A DNA stretch of 32,000 nucleotides from Rhodobacter capsulatus SB 1003 (GTDB taxonomy: Bacteria > Pseudomonadota > Alphaproteobacteria > Rhodobacterales > Rhodobacteraceae), in NCBI RefSeq assembly GCF_000021865.1, contig NC_014034.1, positions 780,001 to 812,000 on the forward strand. Reading direction: 5' to 3'. How positions within the stretch are numbered: position 1 is the first letter of the stretch; each line of letters opens with the position of its first letter. Shown here one piece after another: positions 31,916-32,000 of the stretch. Under the pieces are notes generated by a model. The model did not search any database. It was given only the letters and a program-made list of their open reading frames with translations, and had not been told where the DNA came from. A program made the translations under genes and the position numbers.

Positions 31916-32000
31916 ATGGCAAACGAAACAAACGCGGTCGAGGCCGCTGCTGCTGTCGCCGGACACGCTGCCGAGGCTGCGGAAAAGGGCGGGATGCCGC
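31916..32000 (+). CDS. atpF2: F0F1 ATP synthase subunit b-prime, 5' fragment (truncated by the window end)
   Basis: MANETNAVEAAAAVAGHAAEAAEKGGMP follows atpE. The position and Ala-rich N-terminus fit alphaproteobacterial b-prime. A GGGGGA RBS is present. Confidence 0.7.
   Translation, partial: MANETNAVEAAAAVAGHAAEAAEKGGMP

Overview
This is a GC-rich alphaproteobacterial chromosomal core segment with strong GC3 codon bias. Gene content and order look Rhodobacter/Paracoccaceae-like; a Rhodobacter capsulatus-like organism is my guess and cannot be verified here. Left to right: M20 amidohydrolase, universal stress protein (-), moaA (-), kynureninase (-), an ICMT/PEMT-like membrane methyltransferase, pntAB transhydrogenase and a TauE/SafE permease (-). 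A central-metabolism supercluster follows: mdh; an orphan GT2-like gene (-); sucC-sucD-[two small lipoproteins]-sucA-sucB-lpdA; a CitE-type mcl2-like gene, NnrU-like, DUF1737 and a MaoC-type mch-like hydratase (ethylmalonyl-CoA pathway genes); and sdhC-sdhD-sdhA-[small lipoprotein + GT61/DUF563-like protein]-sdhB. After that come a 54-codon ORF absent from the ORF track, DUF1989, an ArsR-family regulator (-), and the F0 operon atpI-atpB-atpE-atpF2 (cut by the window end). I saw no rRNA, tRNA, CRISPR, transposase, integrase or phage genes, and no defence island. The many 400-1100-aa ORFs antisense to real genes are GC-driven artefacts. Nothing here is a clear-cut new system. The best second-look items are: (1) unknown genes translationally embedded inside the otherwise universally contiguous sdh and suc operons; (2) a 14-bp palindrome TTTGTGATCACAAA shared by the suc and sdh promoter regions; (3) an ArsR regulator divergent from the ATP synthase F0 operon with two related TCAAC/GTTGA inverted repeats; (4) a REP-like intergenic repeat family; (5) an E2o with duplicated lipoyl domains; (6) an untracked small ORF with its own RBS and terminator.
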